The notes below the pieces were generated by a model. That model saw nothing but the letters and a program-made list of their open reading frames with translations, made no database searches and was not told the DNA's origin. Shown here piece after piece: positions 13,050 through 25,165 of a stretch of DNA of 37,625 nucleotides (positions are counted from its first letter, which is position 1; each line of letters starts with the position of its first letter). Position numbers and translations under genes: made by a program. The DNA comes from Chiloscyllium plagiosum (Eukaryota): the NCBI RefSeq assembly GCF_004010195.1, contig NW_025213944.1, forward strand, positions 1 to 37,625, read 5' to 3'.

Positions 13050-13948
13050 GATGGATAGAGTCAAGATTAGGGTGGTGCTGGAAAAGCACAGCAGGTCAGG
13101 CAACATCCGAGGAGCAGGAAAATCGACGTTTCGGGCAAAAGCCCTTCATCCCCTAATCTTGACTCTTATCTCCAACATTTGCAGTCCTCACTTTTGCCAA
13201 GGTGATGGGCAGGTCAGGAGGGCTGTGTTGAGTTGGAGGCTTGGAACTGTGATAATGTGGGGGGGTGGCGAAGGGGAAATGAGGAAACTGTTGAAATCCA
13301 CATTCATCCCATGTGGTTGCAGGGTCCCAAGGTGGAATAGGAGAACACTTCATACCCCTTTTTGGCCATCTTATGTCAGTTAAAAAGCCTAGGGCAGCCA
13401 CTTTAAGTCAACCTTAGTCATGGGCAGCTGCCCTGCAACCACATGGGATGAATGTGGATTTCAAAAGTTTCCTCATTTCCCCTTCGCCACCCCCCCCCCC
13501 CCCCCTACATTATCACAGTTCCAAGCCTCCAACTCAACACAGCCCTCCTGACCTGCTCATCACCTTGGCAAAAGTGAGGACTGCAGATGTTGGAGATCAG
13601 AGTCAAGATTAGGGGATGAAGGGCTTTTGCCCGAAACGTCGATTTTCCTGCTCCTCGGATGTTGCCTGACCTGCTGTGCTTTTCCAGCACCACCCTAATC
13701 TTGACTCTATCCATCACCTTTCCCATCTATCCGCTCCACCCCCCTCCCCCGCTAACCTATCACCTTCTCCCTCACATTTATCTACCTATCGCTTTCTCAG
13801 CTACCTTCCAACCCCACCCCCTCCCATTTATCTCTCAGCCCGCCGGCCCACAAGTCTCATACCTGCTCCTCGGATGCTGCCTGACCTGTGCTTTTCCAGC
13901 ACCACACTCTCAACTCTGAACCCCAGCATCTGCAGTCCTCCCTTTCTC
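13050..13948. mobile_element. Composite Penelope-like element (family B) with long inverted arms and GIY-YIG C-terminus
   Basis: Arms 13050-13324 and 13431-13715. Encodes LFHLGTLQPHGMNVDFNSF. The 3' pseudo-LTR tail runs to about 13948. Confidence 0.85.
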
Positions 13949-14078
13949 TATATTTACCCCTGACCAATGCACCTAACTTACATATCCCTGAATACTACGG
14001 GCAATTTAGCATGGCCAATTCACCTAACCTGCACATCTTTGGATTGTGGGAAGAAACCGGAACACCTGGAGGAAACCC
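13948..14078 (-). mobile_element. Partial HE1-like V-SINE
   Basis: gggcaatttagcatggccaattcacctaacctgcacatctttgga matches the other V-SINE copies. Confidence 0.8.
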
Positions 14079-14429
14079 TGTAGATGTGGTATGTTTGGCT
14101 TTCCTTGGCACTTAGTAATTTTGCTAGATAAGGGATCATGGATTTGGGCTAATATATTAGCATGGACAGAGGATGAAGTCCAAAGATGTGCAGGTTAGGT
14201 GAATTGGCCAAGGGTGAGAATGAGGTCATGTCCTGTTGGATCTTGGGAATCCAAATATGTTTCCTTTAATTACTCGGTAAAGTTGCAAAGAGATTGAATT
14301 TCCCGCTCATCAATGGAATTCAAATAAATGCTGTCTTATTTAGTAAAGAGAACTAGTTTAATATAGAGACAGTATGATTAATCTGAGAATCAAAACCAAC
14401 TTACAGCAATAGCAAAGTCAGTGATCGCC

Positions 14430-15150
14430 CTGATGATTGTAATGAATTCAGAATCCAGCAAAGGAGGACTAAAAAGATAATACAGGGATAGAAAATAAAC
14501 TACGAGGACAAACTAGCAAAGCATATACTGACAACAAGACTTTCTTTGACTGTCATCACTTTTACATATTTAAAGTGAGCATTGGTCTCTCATAAAATGT
14601 GGGAAGTAGTTGTGGGAACAAAGAAACAGCAGAGGATTAATCAGATATTTTGCATCAGTCTTTACTGTAGAAGAACATTTCATTAATTACTGAAGAATAA
14701 TAGGGAAAAATTAAATCACTATCCCCATAAATAGAGTAGTATTAAACAAACTAATGGAGTGAAAGGCAGATAGGTCTGGCCTGGCATGGATGGCTTGCAT
14801 CCTAGGATTGTAAAAGAAGTAGCTACAGAGTGATAGAGGTTTGTAAATTTCTAAAACTCCTTGGATTCTGGAGAAATACCGGAGGACTGGAAAACTACCA
14901 GTGTGATATACCTATTCAAAAAAAGGGGTGGGAGAGCCATAGCAGGTAACAATAGGCTGATTTGACTAACGTCCATTGTTCAAAAAGTGTTGGAATTAAT
15001 TAAGGAATTAATAGCAGAACATTTAGAAAATCATAATCTAAACAAGCAGAGTCAGAAGTTCAAGAAAGGGAAATCAAGTCTGACAAATTTGTTAGAGTTT
15101 TTGAGGAAGTCTCAACCAGACTGTACAGGGAGGAATCAGTGAAGCGTATA
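14430..15150 (+). mobile_element. Old CR1 ORF2 fragment (likely continuing at about 16310-16730)
   Basis: Degenerate GxDGLHPR.KEVA, PEDWK, LFKKG, KGKSSLTNL motifs. The 16310-16730 block has CR1 C-terminal and 3'UTR motifs. Confidence 0.65.
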
Positions 15151-15835
15151 TCATAGAGTCAAAGAGACGTACAGCACGGAAAGCGATCCTTTGCTCCAAC
15201 CCGTCCATGCCGACCAGATATCCCAACCCAATCCAGTCCCACCTGCCAGCACCCAGCCCATATCCCTCCAAACCCTTCCTATTCATATACCCATCCAAAT
15301 GCTTTTTAAATGTTGCAACTGTACGAGCATTCACCACTTCCTTTGGCAGCTCATTCCATATACATACCACCCTCTGTGTGAAAAGTTGCCCGTTAGATCC
15401 CTTTTATATCTTTCCACTCTCACCCTAAACCTATGCCCTCTAGTTCTGGATTTCCCCATCCCAGGGAAAAGACTTTGTCTATTTATCTTATCCATGCCCC
15501 TCATGATTTTATAAACCTCTATAAGGTCACCCCTCAGCCTCTGACGCTCTAGGGAAAACAGTCCCAGCCTATTCAACCTCTCTCTAATAGCTCAAATCCT
15601 CCAACCCTGACAACATCTTGTAAATTTTTTCTGAACCTTTCCAAGTTTCACAACATCCATCCTAAAGGATGGAGACCTGAATTGCAGCAATATTCCAAAA
15701 GTGGCCTAACCAATGTCCTGTACAGCTGCAACATGATCTCCCAACTCCTGTACTCAATCCTCTGACCAATAAAGGAAAGCATACCAAACGCCTTCTTTAC
15801 TAACCTATCTACAGCGACTCTAATTTCAAGGAGCT
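15151..15835 (-). mobile_element. CR1 (HER1-like) LINE 3' fragment, same subfamily as 8828-9322
   Basis: LGLFSLERQRLRGDLIEVYKIMRG; tcatagagtc tail; long near-identical stretches shared with 8828-9322. Confidence 0.9.
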
Positions 15836-17224
15836 GTGATCTGCATTGATACAGTTAGTGCAGTACTTGGGAGAGTTCTTCATGTAAAGCAACTATTTAG
15901 GTTGTTGGAAATGATGCAGTGCAATTAGCAAATGTCTAGGAAGGGATAAAACTGTCAAGTGCATTGTAAGATCCCAAAGACAAACATCATGAGATTATGG
16001 GAGGTCCTAGGACTTTCTATAGATTTGTTCATTGGTGATTGCGCATTTACTGGATGTATAGATTAGGGGGATGTGGCTAACAATGACATCAATGTTGCAT
16101 GGAATTATTGTAACACTAAAGGGTATAAAAATGTTGTATTTCACTGGGGAACTCAGAGCATCATTGACCTGTTGGATATTAAGAGGTCAACTGTGTCCCA
16201 CACGAAGGCCAGATTTGGGGTGGTCTCTGGCCTCTCCCAATGTGTGGTAATAGAGCTCTGAATAAAGATCGCTTGTGCCAAGGTTCACAGGACTCCTCTT
16301 TCCTATTTCTCCCTACAATAGGAAAATATCATGTTATTAATTTCAGAAGCAATACCAAAAGAAGAGCATTATTTAAATGGAGTTGAAAAACTGCAGTAAG
16401 CTGTAACACAATGATTTCGGGTACTGGTGCACAAAACACAGGAAGCAAGAATACAGGTACAGCAGATAATTATGGAAGAGTCTAGGACCAGAAGGCATAA
16501 TCAATTTAAGATTGAAATGAGGAAGTATTTCTTCTCTGAGGGTTGACAGTCTTTGGAATTCCTTTTCCACAGAGAGCTTATATAGGCAAATTCCTTATGT
16601 ATACTTAAGGCTGATGTAGACTCTTGATCAGTCAGGGAATCAAGGGTTATGGGGAAAGGGTGGGAAAGTGAATGTGAAGCATGCTTGAGAGGTAAAAAGG
16701 CTCACTTCTGTTCCTATTTCTTCTGGTCTAATAGCCTTACTCAGACAAGTGGACTCCTGACTTGTGCTTTGGGGAGGATGTACAAACTTTCAGGAGTCAG
16801 GTGGCTTCAGAAGTGAGGAGTTACAACTGTTGCTGAACATTGTGCAATCTGCAAGGAAGATCCCATTTCCAGCCTTATTATAGAGGGAAAGTCATTGATG
16901 AAACCGCTGAAGAGTTGGGCCTAGAACCCTACCTTTAAGGAATGTCCTCAAGCTGAGATGACTGACCTCCAAAAATTACAACTTTTTTTTTGTGTTCGGA
17001 ATGAACCTAACTAGTAGGGAGCATTCTGTCACTTCCCATTGACTCCAGCTTTACTGATGTGGCCTGGGTGTCACTCACATCTCACGAATCCCAAGATTTT
17101 CATGAAGTTGCTAAATTTGTACATTTATTGCCCATTAAAGCTGTCAGAGAAAGTTGTGATAGTAACTAACAGCATACTTCAACCATTCAGATCTTCTGTG
17201 ACATGCACAGTGACAACAGCCTAA

Positions 17225-17550
17225 ACAACCTACCAGATGCATTCTAGCAATCTCCTGGGCTCCTTAGGCAGCATCTTCGCAACCTACAATCTCAACAACC
17301 TAAAAATCTCATACACATAAGCCCCCACCTTTAAATTTCCTTTTATGTCACAGCATTAAGACTTGGAAATATATCACAGTACTTCATTAATGCTAGGTCA
17401 AAGCCCTTCATAATAGCATTGTAGGTGTACCTACACCAGATGGACAGCAGTAGTTTGGCAAAGTGACTCACCAGCATTTTCCAAGGTCAATTAGGGACGG
17501 GTAATAAATGCTGGCTTAACTGGTAATGCTCACATCCCATGAATGAACAA
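17225..17550 (+). mobile_element. LINE/SINE 3' tail (family uncertain); inverted relative at 12858-13049
   Basis: caattagggacgggtaataaatgctggc...cacatcccatgaatgaa; the reverse complement tttattgcccatccctaat is at 12858. Confidence 0.6.
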
Positions 17551-18199
17551 ACCAAGTACTACTTTTAACAATGTCTGCTATTAAAACTCTCTTTACCAGC
17601 AATTGAACAACTAACAATGTAAAGTCTTATTCTTCAGATTGTGAATTGTTTGATATTAAAAATAACTAACTTTAAGTTTCATTTTTTTTTACTACTTACT
17701 TTTCATTTGTTTCTTTTTTGCCCCTCTATCATTGAGTCCAATTTTTGTTCTGCTCTCAAGTTCTGTTTTTGCACTGGATTCAATTTTTGATTTCACCTTA
17801 TTCTCTACTGTACATTCCTCCTCAATCCTTCCTGTTTATCAAATAATTGTTCAATTCCATTAGTTAATGTGAAACAATCTTTCTCCTGTTATTCACATGC
17901 TTGGTGCACTGTTGACCATGTGCATTTCCAGTAAATTTGTGGGTAATTTTTCCTAAACATAGATATGCACTATCAAGTCTAACTGGCACACCGGGATGTT
18001 CCGCTCTAGAAAAGTCTGCTCCAAGGTTCCACTGACTTCTGGTCTCACAAGGACCAGAACTTCAAGAAAGAGAAAGACTGTGCTATAGAATTTGTGGGGC
18101 TATGGGTGTGGGAGAGGGCTAAACCATTGCAGAATTTATAACTGACAAATTGGGAGCACTGTGGTGCTGTAAAATTTGATTAGCAAACTGCATTTGAGG

Positions 18200-19096
18200 C
18201 ATAGCAGAATTATGCTAAGCAGGTAAATTCAATAATTTAGAGTTGAACCACTAATAACTATTAAATATTTTATATAAAAGTCAACTTCAATATATTGAAG
18301 TAACATTTTACTTTGGGAAAATGGAACAAGCTAAAATATCAACATAGCAAGTTAATCAATTTGTCTTATCAAGAATCAATTGTACATCTTTTGAGCAATT
18401 TAAACATCAACAATAAGCAGCGGAACTTGTTATCTTCAAATATACAAATTATTAAGTGTTAAAGATTCTGATTTTGTTAGATTTTATGACTTAGATTGAT
18501 AAGGTATTTTAAAGTTTTTTTTTAAGGATGATATTTTAAAACGATACAGCATATTATTAAATGGGAGAACTGTTAATTTAAATTTAAATAATCCAAGTCT
18601 CCGTTGCAGCCAAATGCTATAATAACAGCAGTGGTTCTTGAATTTATGTTGTATCTTAATACAATGGAGAGAAAGAAAAAATGCATTTTAATACAATTGA
18701 TTATTCAGTTCAGGTATGAACAAATGAAATATTAAGTTTTCATTCAAGAACTGAAATCTATATTTACCTAAATAATCCTATTAATTTAAATGTTCTTAAA
18801 CCAACTACCCAGCACTGTTTTAAACATTTTCATTTTTATAGTTTTCATTCAAATTATGTGCATGGAAATTGTGAACATCTTCAATTTTGATTTGATCAAT
18901 GCAACTCTTGAAGTCAAAGCAAAAGAAGAATTTCTTCTGTCACAGTACACTTAGCATCACTTACACAACAAATTTCACGTTTTCAGATCTTTTAAGTATA
19001 ACTTTGAGTTGTTTTTCATCCTTCACATGTTGAAGGAGCTGATATTTTCATTTTTTGGTCTGTGTTTTCCAAGTCCATTCCTTTTGTTCCATGTTT
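18200..19096 (-). other. SLC6A3: Probable SLC6A3 3'UTR (AT-rich; distal end not determined)
   Basis: Very AT-rich stretch with no recognisable TE directly after the stop codon. Candidate ATTAAA on the minus strand at 18687-18692 followed by a U-rich tract. The lower boundary is a guess. Confidence 0.45.
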
Positions 19097-19120
19097 TCAC
19101 ACCATAAGCCAATGGCGCAG
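19097..19120 (-). CDS. SLC6A3: Dopamine transporter, terminal coding exon (LRHWLMV-stop)
   Basis: Minus strand reads ttttactacctacAG|CTG CGC CAT TGG CTT ATG GTG TGA. Human DAT ends LRHWLKV; NET ends LQHWLAI. Confidence 0.93.
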   Translation of the reverse strand: MRHWLMV

Positions 19121-19620
19121 CTGTAGGTAGTAAAATGTCAGTTTTCAAATTGAAATTCTTATATTTTTCATGACATGCAGATCTTTGATCTCTTTTGGTG
19201 TTGATTATAGACAGATATCTTTAAAATTTGTTCACCTAAATATTCCTCCACTTCATGACGTACAGAAGAATCTTTTTGCATGATAAAAGATTTTGTTTCT
19301 GCTTACTTTGTTTCTACTCTGACAGTCTCCCTCCATTTCTGAAAGGTTCACATGCACAGTTGTTGCCTTTTGGGTTTGTCGCAGTCAATAATACTTATTG
19401 TGTGAGCCATGAAATTGATTATTCTGTTAAAATAGCATTCTTTGTTTGATGTCTCTGGCTTTCTGATCTCTTCTGTTGTTTGCACATTGCTAAGTTATGT
19501 AAGTGAAAAAAAAATTAAGTACTTACAGTTTCTGCTATTGGCACTTTAAAATGTCTGGATGATTGACATTTATTAACCTTTAATAAAATTAGCTTTTTTA
19601 AAGAAAAGAGATAAGGTATC

Positions 19621-19967
19621 TGTTGTGGTTCTGTTCGCCGAGCTGGAAATTTTTGTTGCAAACGTTTCGTCCCCTGTCTAGGTGACATCCTCAGTGCTTG
19701 AAAGCCTCCTGTGCTGCACTTCTGTGGTGTTTCCTCCGGCATTTATAGTGGCCTGTCCCTGCCGCTTCCGGTTGTCAACCGGAAGCGGCAGGGATAGGCC
19801 ACTATAAATGCCGGAGGAAACACCACAGAAGCGCTTCACAGGAGGCTTTCAAGGACTGAGGATGTCACCTAGACATGGGACGAAACGTTTGTAACAAAAA
19901 TTTCCAGCTCGGCGAACAGAACCACAACAACGAGCACCCGAGCTACAAATCTTCACCCAAACTTTGA
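19621..19967. mobile_element. Penelope-like element pseudo-LTR fold-back (family A) with a hammerhead motif in each arm
   Basis: 154-bp inverted arms (19621-19774 and 19776-19929) with a 1-nt spacer, 38-bp 3' extension, TSD agataaggtatct (19609-19621 and 19968-19980). Confidence 0.88.
19658..19697 (-). ncRNA. Minimal type I hammerhead ribozyme motif (core intact), sense to the SLC6A3 pre-mRNA
   Basis: gca CTGAGGA t GTCaCCT agac AGGgGAC GAAAC GTT tgc. Confidence 0.65.
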
Positions 19968-20525
19968 AGATAAGGTATCTATCAATTTTTTAAAAAAAGT
20001 AATTTTTTGAACACATTCTACAGTTGCTATGGGGTTTTGTTAATATACAGAGTGTCTAGTCATTGAATTGGTATGGAGAAGCCATAATTTGGCATGAAGG
20101 TTATAAAGAGTCATAGAGGGTGCCACAAGGGCAAAGCTTGGCACTGGTGGTATGTGAACTCATGGATGGACAGACTGTATCAAAATCATCACTTGCAGTG
20201 GGGAGCATGGGTAAAACATTTGGAACTTCACTTTCGAAATATTCCCTTATCCAGGTTATGGTGCATGATACTCCAAAGCCCCATCAACTCTTTGGAAAGT
20301 TGACCTGCCTCCATGGAAAATGTAAAGGATGAGAACATGCTTATCCTTTCTATGGAGCTGACAGGTCAGGAGTGTCGGGAGTAGGCTTAGGATTGAAACT
20401 ATCAGGCTGGCCAGTGAACATTACATTCACACCAGATCGAGACACTCAGGCCAAGTGGGCTGTTAGCATTAGGACCATACCCAGACTATCCCAGATGCAG
20501 GGAGCCTTTGACTGTGCTCATGTGA

Positions 20526-20743
20526 GACTAGATTAGAGTGGTGCTGGAAAAGCACAGCCGGTCAGGCAGCATCTGAGGAGCAAGAAAATCGACATTTCAG
20601 GCAAAAGCCCTTCATCAAGACTCAAGACTTTTGCCTGAAACGTTGATTTTCCTGCTCCTCGCATGCTGCCTGACTGGCTGTACTTTTCCAGCCCACTCTA
20701 ATCTAGACTCTGATTTCTAGCATCTATAGTCCTCACTTCTGCC
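20526..20743. mobile_element. Penelope-like pseudo-LTR fold-back (family B)
   Basis: Arms about 20528-20608 and 20628-20706, about 37-bp extension, perfect 14-bp TSD ctgtgctcatgtga (20512-20525 and 20744-20757). Confidence 0.85.
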
Positions 20744-21052
20744 CTGTGCTCATGTGACATCATTAGCAAATTGGCTCCTCTATAAACAAAGGCTTTCATT
20801 CCCTAAATGAGGAGGTTGTAAAACCACCGTTCATACAGGCATGAGTGTTTTACAGAAAGGTACTGTAAATTTTACATTCTTACACAACCCCAATTGCCAC
20901 AGCTCTTCAAGCGTTCTGATCCTATTCCTGGCTCTATGCTAAGGGACAATATGCTATCCACTGAAGTCATGGTTACTGACATCTTTATGCAAATGAGTAC
21001 AAAAGCACAAGACAAATATAATTGTTGCCATGTGACTGGAAGGGCCACCATT

Positions 21053-21088
21053 GATCCTGAAGAAGGGCTAATGCCCGAAACGTCGATT
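21053..21088 (+). ncRNA. Minimal type I hammerhead ribozyme motif (core intact)
   Basis: gatc CTGAAGA a GGGC taat GCCC GAAAC GTC gatt: CUGANGA core, 4-bp stem II, GAAA, palindromic ACGT stem III, GUC cleavage triplet, 4-bp stem I (gatc/gatt). Confidence 0.7.
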
Positions 21089-21182
21089 CTCCTGTTCCCT
21101 AGATGCTGCCTGACCTGCTGCACTTTTCCAGCAACACATTTCCATCTCTGATCTCCAGCATCTGCAGACCTCACTTTCTCCT
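21057..21182 (+). mobile_element. Single Penelope-like pseudo-LTR fragment (family B)
   Basis: Perfect 11-bp TSD caccattgatc (21046-21056 and 21183-21193); the insertion begins at the hammerhead core. Confidence 0.85.
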
Positions 21183-22427
21183 CACCATTGATCAGGCCAT
21201 GGTTTACATGGTACTATACTTTTGAGGTCTTGATAGATCTGAGTGAGCCCAGTGAGCAATCCATACCATCAAAGCTATACATACAAACATACACCTTAGG
21301 AGTGGAAATAGGCCCTTCAAATGTCCTGTCATTCAATAGAATATTGGTTGATCTATTTGTGTTGTGATCATAGTGTGCAAAGCCCATCATCAATACAGGC
21401 CCTTATGGATGCCTAGACAATCATCAGTGGATTTAACAGCTGGCTAATGTCAACAATTATATTCAAATAAATATGCAAATTATTTCAGTTCACAATTCCA
21501 AAATATTTTCTACAATTAAACAATTTTACATTTGAGAAATTAATGTCACACAGTGAACTTCAGTACTAGTCCATGTATATGGTAAGATATTCATTATAGC
21601 TTCTGTTAGATGCTCCCTCTACACCTCTAGCTGCAATGGAGGAAAGCTCCAGAATGCTAGATGGCCTTGGTCTACACCTTGACAATACAGTAGCCATAGG
21701 GGAACGAGCACACTTGGGACTACCAGCATCTGTCCAGGGCAGCAGAGAAGCATCTGGTGTGTCACTGTCAAAGGGATTAAAGATATACCTTCAGCCAAGG
21801 AAGCACCCTAACAGGAGCCCCCAATGCCTGAACCCTTCCCATGCTCTACCCGGAAGTTTCACCTCCTGGAATCCTAAAGACACCTGGACAGTCCCTTTCA
21901 CCCATCTATCACTTCAATGGCCTCATATGTCCCTTCAGAACTATTGCATCCGTAGTATGGTCCCTGTCTCTCCATTTGGCTTGCCATCCTCTCCATCAAG
22001 AACACAGATGAGATATGAGCCATGCATGATGGGATTCCTCCATTATTTGCACCAAGAACTTCACTGCCCCCAGCAAACCCTAACACATCTTCACACGTTT
22101 TATGGATTGGCTTGAGCCTGTGTCACTTGGGTGAAAATACCTGAGGCTTACCATCTGCTTGGAGCTGAGCATTGCTGGGCCTCAATTCACTCCTCAGTGA
22201 TGAAATGCCTCCAAATTTCATTACTTTCCAACAGAGCCACCAGTACTACACACAAAACAGAGCCACAACACACTACAAAACTATACAGTCAGGAAGTGGA
22301 ATGGAGACACTGAAAGCCAACCCCAAAACTGTCGCCTCCTCCAACCACCTCTCCTCACTCACTCTACCAGCTTTGTTGCTGGAACTCTCCCCAATGACCA
22401 CCTCTCCCTCGTCTTCACTGACCTGCA

Positions 22428-23450
22428 GAATTTAATTTCATTTAATTCAATAAAGCTGAAATAAAAAAGCTAGTATGCTGACCAAATAACGCTTTGATTA
22501 GGGAAGAAAATGTGTTGTGCCTACCTAATCTATTTACATGTGATGCCAGACGCAATGTGCTTTACCCTTAACTGCCTTTGGGATGACTGAGTGAGTAACT
22601 CCGTTGTACCAAACCTCCAAAACCAGATGATATGAATAATAAGAAGAACAAAGCCAAACAGCCCATATCATATCAGACTAGGCATCACATGTGGAAGTGA
22701 CGAAGGCATGCCCATTCCAATTCTGCTCCTCCTCACTGCCAAAACTGGGGAGACTGTGGTACAGACTAGTCAAAAAACAATTTTACATAATCATATCTTT
22801 CGGTTAACACAAGATACCTCCATTATCAAGCTAGATCCTGTCCCATCAATTGGTCTGACCCACCAGAGGTGGCACTAATATCGGTAGGAAGATTAAGTGA
22901 CAGGAATACCAATGTTTTACTGAAATCAGCACAGAAAAAACACTCTTAGAATGGGTTTCAATTTTTAAATTCAAGTTTTATACAGTAAGGATGGAGCAGC
23001 CATGCTATTCACCATTGACTCCAGGCCTCACGCAGTGCATGCCTCATGGAATTAGGTCAAGCGTGAGCGAGAAACCTCCCCCCTACTATGTATGGCAAGC
23101 CTGCAGCAGAGAAAGCAGTGATCTTTCATGTTGAACAGCATTTGGAGGAAACATTGAGAGCAGCAAAGGCACAAGATGTAACCTAGATTGGGGGCTCCAA
23201 GGTCCAACAGCAAGAATGGCTTAGTAGCACTAGTCCTGTCAACGGACCTAGTCCTTAAACATATAACTTTGAGATTGGGTTTGCAGCAGGTGGGGAGACA
23301 ACTAATAGAAAGAAAAATGTACTTGACTTTGTTCTCACCAATTTGCCTGTCGTACAGCTTCTGTCCATAACAATAAGGTCGAGGTGACCTCCTTGTGGAA
23401 ACCAGGTTCCATGCTGAGGACAGCTTCCATCACATTGTCTGGAAAATATC
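22428..23450 (+). mobile_element. Decayed Deu-domain-like 5' region followed by an APE endonuclease of a non-CR1 LINE
   Basis: ttagggaagaaaatgtg...acatgtgatgccagac...cttaactgcc; remnants PKLG...RLVK, PTRGG, RKMYLTL. Related RT piece on the minus strand at about 16820-17090. Confidence 0.5.
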
Positions 23451-23464
23451 TCTCTCTGCTATTC

Positions 23465-23550
23465 GGGATAGATTCAGAGATGTTATTACACACTTCTGAA
23501 TAAGGTAGGGCTTGAACTTGGGATACCTGGCTTGGAGATAGGGGCACTAC
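23465..23550 (-). mobile_element. Short tRNA-derived SINE remnant
   Basis: Minus strand gtagtgcccctatctccaagccaggtatcccaagttcaagccc (B-box-like). Confidence 0.4.
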
Positions 23551-24024
23551 CTCTCCAAAGTTTTGATAATTTTGATAATATTAATTCATTGGGTAACAAA
23601 TTAAGTGAAGTCATCCAGATAAATGTAATATGTGCTGCTCTCAGTCTCTGCTGGATGTGGCATTGAATGATGGTCTGACAGTACAGTGGAAGAGGGCATC
23701 TAGTCGACTGGATCTTTACTGAAATTCTATCCTAACCTGCTAGATATCACTTGAAAACAGATTTGACAGAAGAACACCCATCTCTGTTCCAAAATTCAGG
23801 CCCTTTGTGTGTAGATGACAAACTGTTAATGTTTATTTCATTGTTTTTGTTCATGTGGTTTGTCCTACATTGCTTCTTCCAATATGTCATATCTGACCAA
23901 AAAAGAAATTCACATCGTGGTTTTTATCCATGGTATAGACATAAATAAAACTATAAAATATTGATAATTTTAGCCAAGATCATAAACTGCAATAGACTAC
24001 TAACCCTGTTATTCATGTTTCGTA

Positions 24025-24350
24025 CATGGTGGCTTAGTAGTTAGCACTGCTGCCTCACAGCGACAGCGACCCAGGTTGGATTCCCACCTCGGGCAACTGT
24101 CTGTGTGGAGTTTGCACATCCGCCCAGTGTCTTGTTGGGTTTCCTCTGGGTGCTCCAGTTTCCTCCCACAATCCAATGATGTGCAGGTTAGGTGAATTGG
24201 CCATGCTAAATTGCCCATAGTGTTCAAGGATGTGTAGGTTAGGTGCATTAGTCAGGGGCTATGTAGAGTAATAGGATAGGGGAATGGGTCTGGGTGGGTT
24301 GGTATGGATGCATTGGACCAAATGGCCTGTTTCCACACTGTAGGGATTCT
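24025..24350 (+). mobile_element. HE1-like V-SINE, near full length
   Basis: ggtggcttagtagttagcactgctgcctcacagc; tgtgtggagtttgcacat; gatgtgcaggttaggtgaattggccatgctaaattgccc; tail cctgtttccacactgtagggattcta. Confidence 0.9.
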
Positions 24351-24431
24351 ACAAACTGGGTGACAGAACACCTCTGCTCTATCTGTAAAAGTAGCTTTGG
24401 CTTTCCAGTTGCTTGCCATTTCAATACACCA

Positions 24432-24594
24432 GAATAAAAAGGATGAACTACAGACCCTGGAAATATGAAACAAAAATAGGAAGTGCTGCAGAAACTCAAC
24501 AGGTCTGGTAGCAAGTGTAGAGAGAATGGTTCTGATGAAGAGTCACTGGACTCAATATGTTTTGCTGACTTTCTGCAGCCCTTTCTATTTTTAC
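24432..24594. mobile_element. Older Penelope-like fold-back (family C)
   Basis: 12-bp TSD ttcaatacacca (24420-24431 and 24595-24606). ctgatga-a-gagtc-actg-gactc hammerhead remnant lacking GAAA. Confidence 0.65.
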
Positions 24595-25040
24595 TTCAAT
24601 ACACCATTCTGCTTTTGTACTAACCTTGCTGCCCTAGTTCTGCTGCAATGTTCCAGTGAAGACATTCACTGAGGTAGTTAGCTCAGGTGCCATTCCAGGA
24701 TGAATGGCACCTCCTTTTCCGCTTAGCACTTTCTAGCCTTGAGGACTCAACATTAAATTCACCAACTTCAGAGCATGATTACTGTTTTCCATCTTGATTC
24801 CACTGACAGACCTCCACCATTCCCCTCACGTTTTGATGACATTGGTTTTCTTTCAGAGTGAACCTATTATCAACTATTTGCACCAATCATTCACACCTAT
24901 TTTGCATCTATATTTTTCCTTTACAACCATTAGCAGTCCTTTTTTCTCTTTTTGTTTTCAGGACCCTCAACATCTGTTCCACTGGCTTCTCTTCCACTTC
25001 TGTCAATAACATAAAAGCCATCATTTTCTCTCCATTCTCT

Positions 25041-25165
25041 GTTCTGAAGATCCATTGGATTTGAAACATTATGTTTCACTCTTTCCACAAAGAGTGCCTG
25101 AATTGCAGAGTTTCTCCAATATTTTCTATTTATCAGATCTCCAGTATCTGTACTATTTTGCTTTA
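25041..25165 (+). mobile_element. Degenerate Penelope-like pseudo-LTR (family C-like)
   Basis: ctgaaga...gaaacatt followed by ...agatctccagtatctgtactattttgcttt tail. Confidence 0.5.

Noticed and set aside
17560..19096. A 3'UTR VNTR like the human DAT1 40-bp repeat
   Set aside because: No tandem repeat is visible in this region.
21636..22115. Longest ORF in the track (159 aa, plus strand)
   Set aside because: No recognisable domain, intronic and antisense to SLC6A3; probably decayed transposon sequence.
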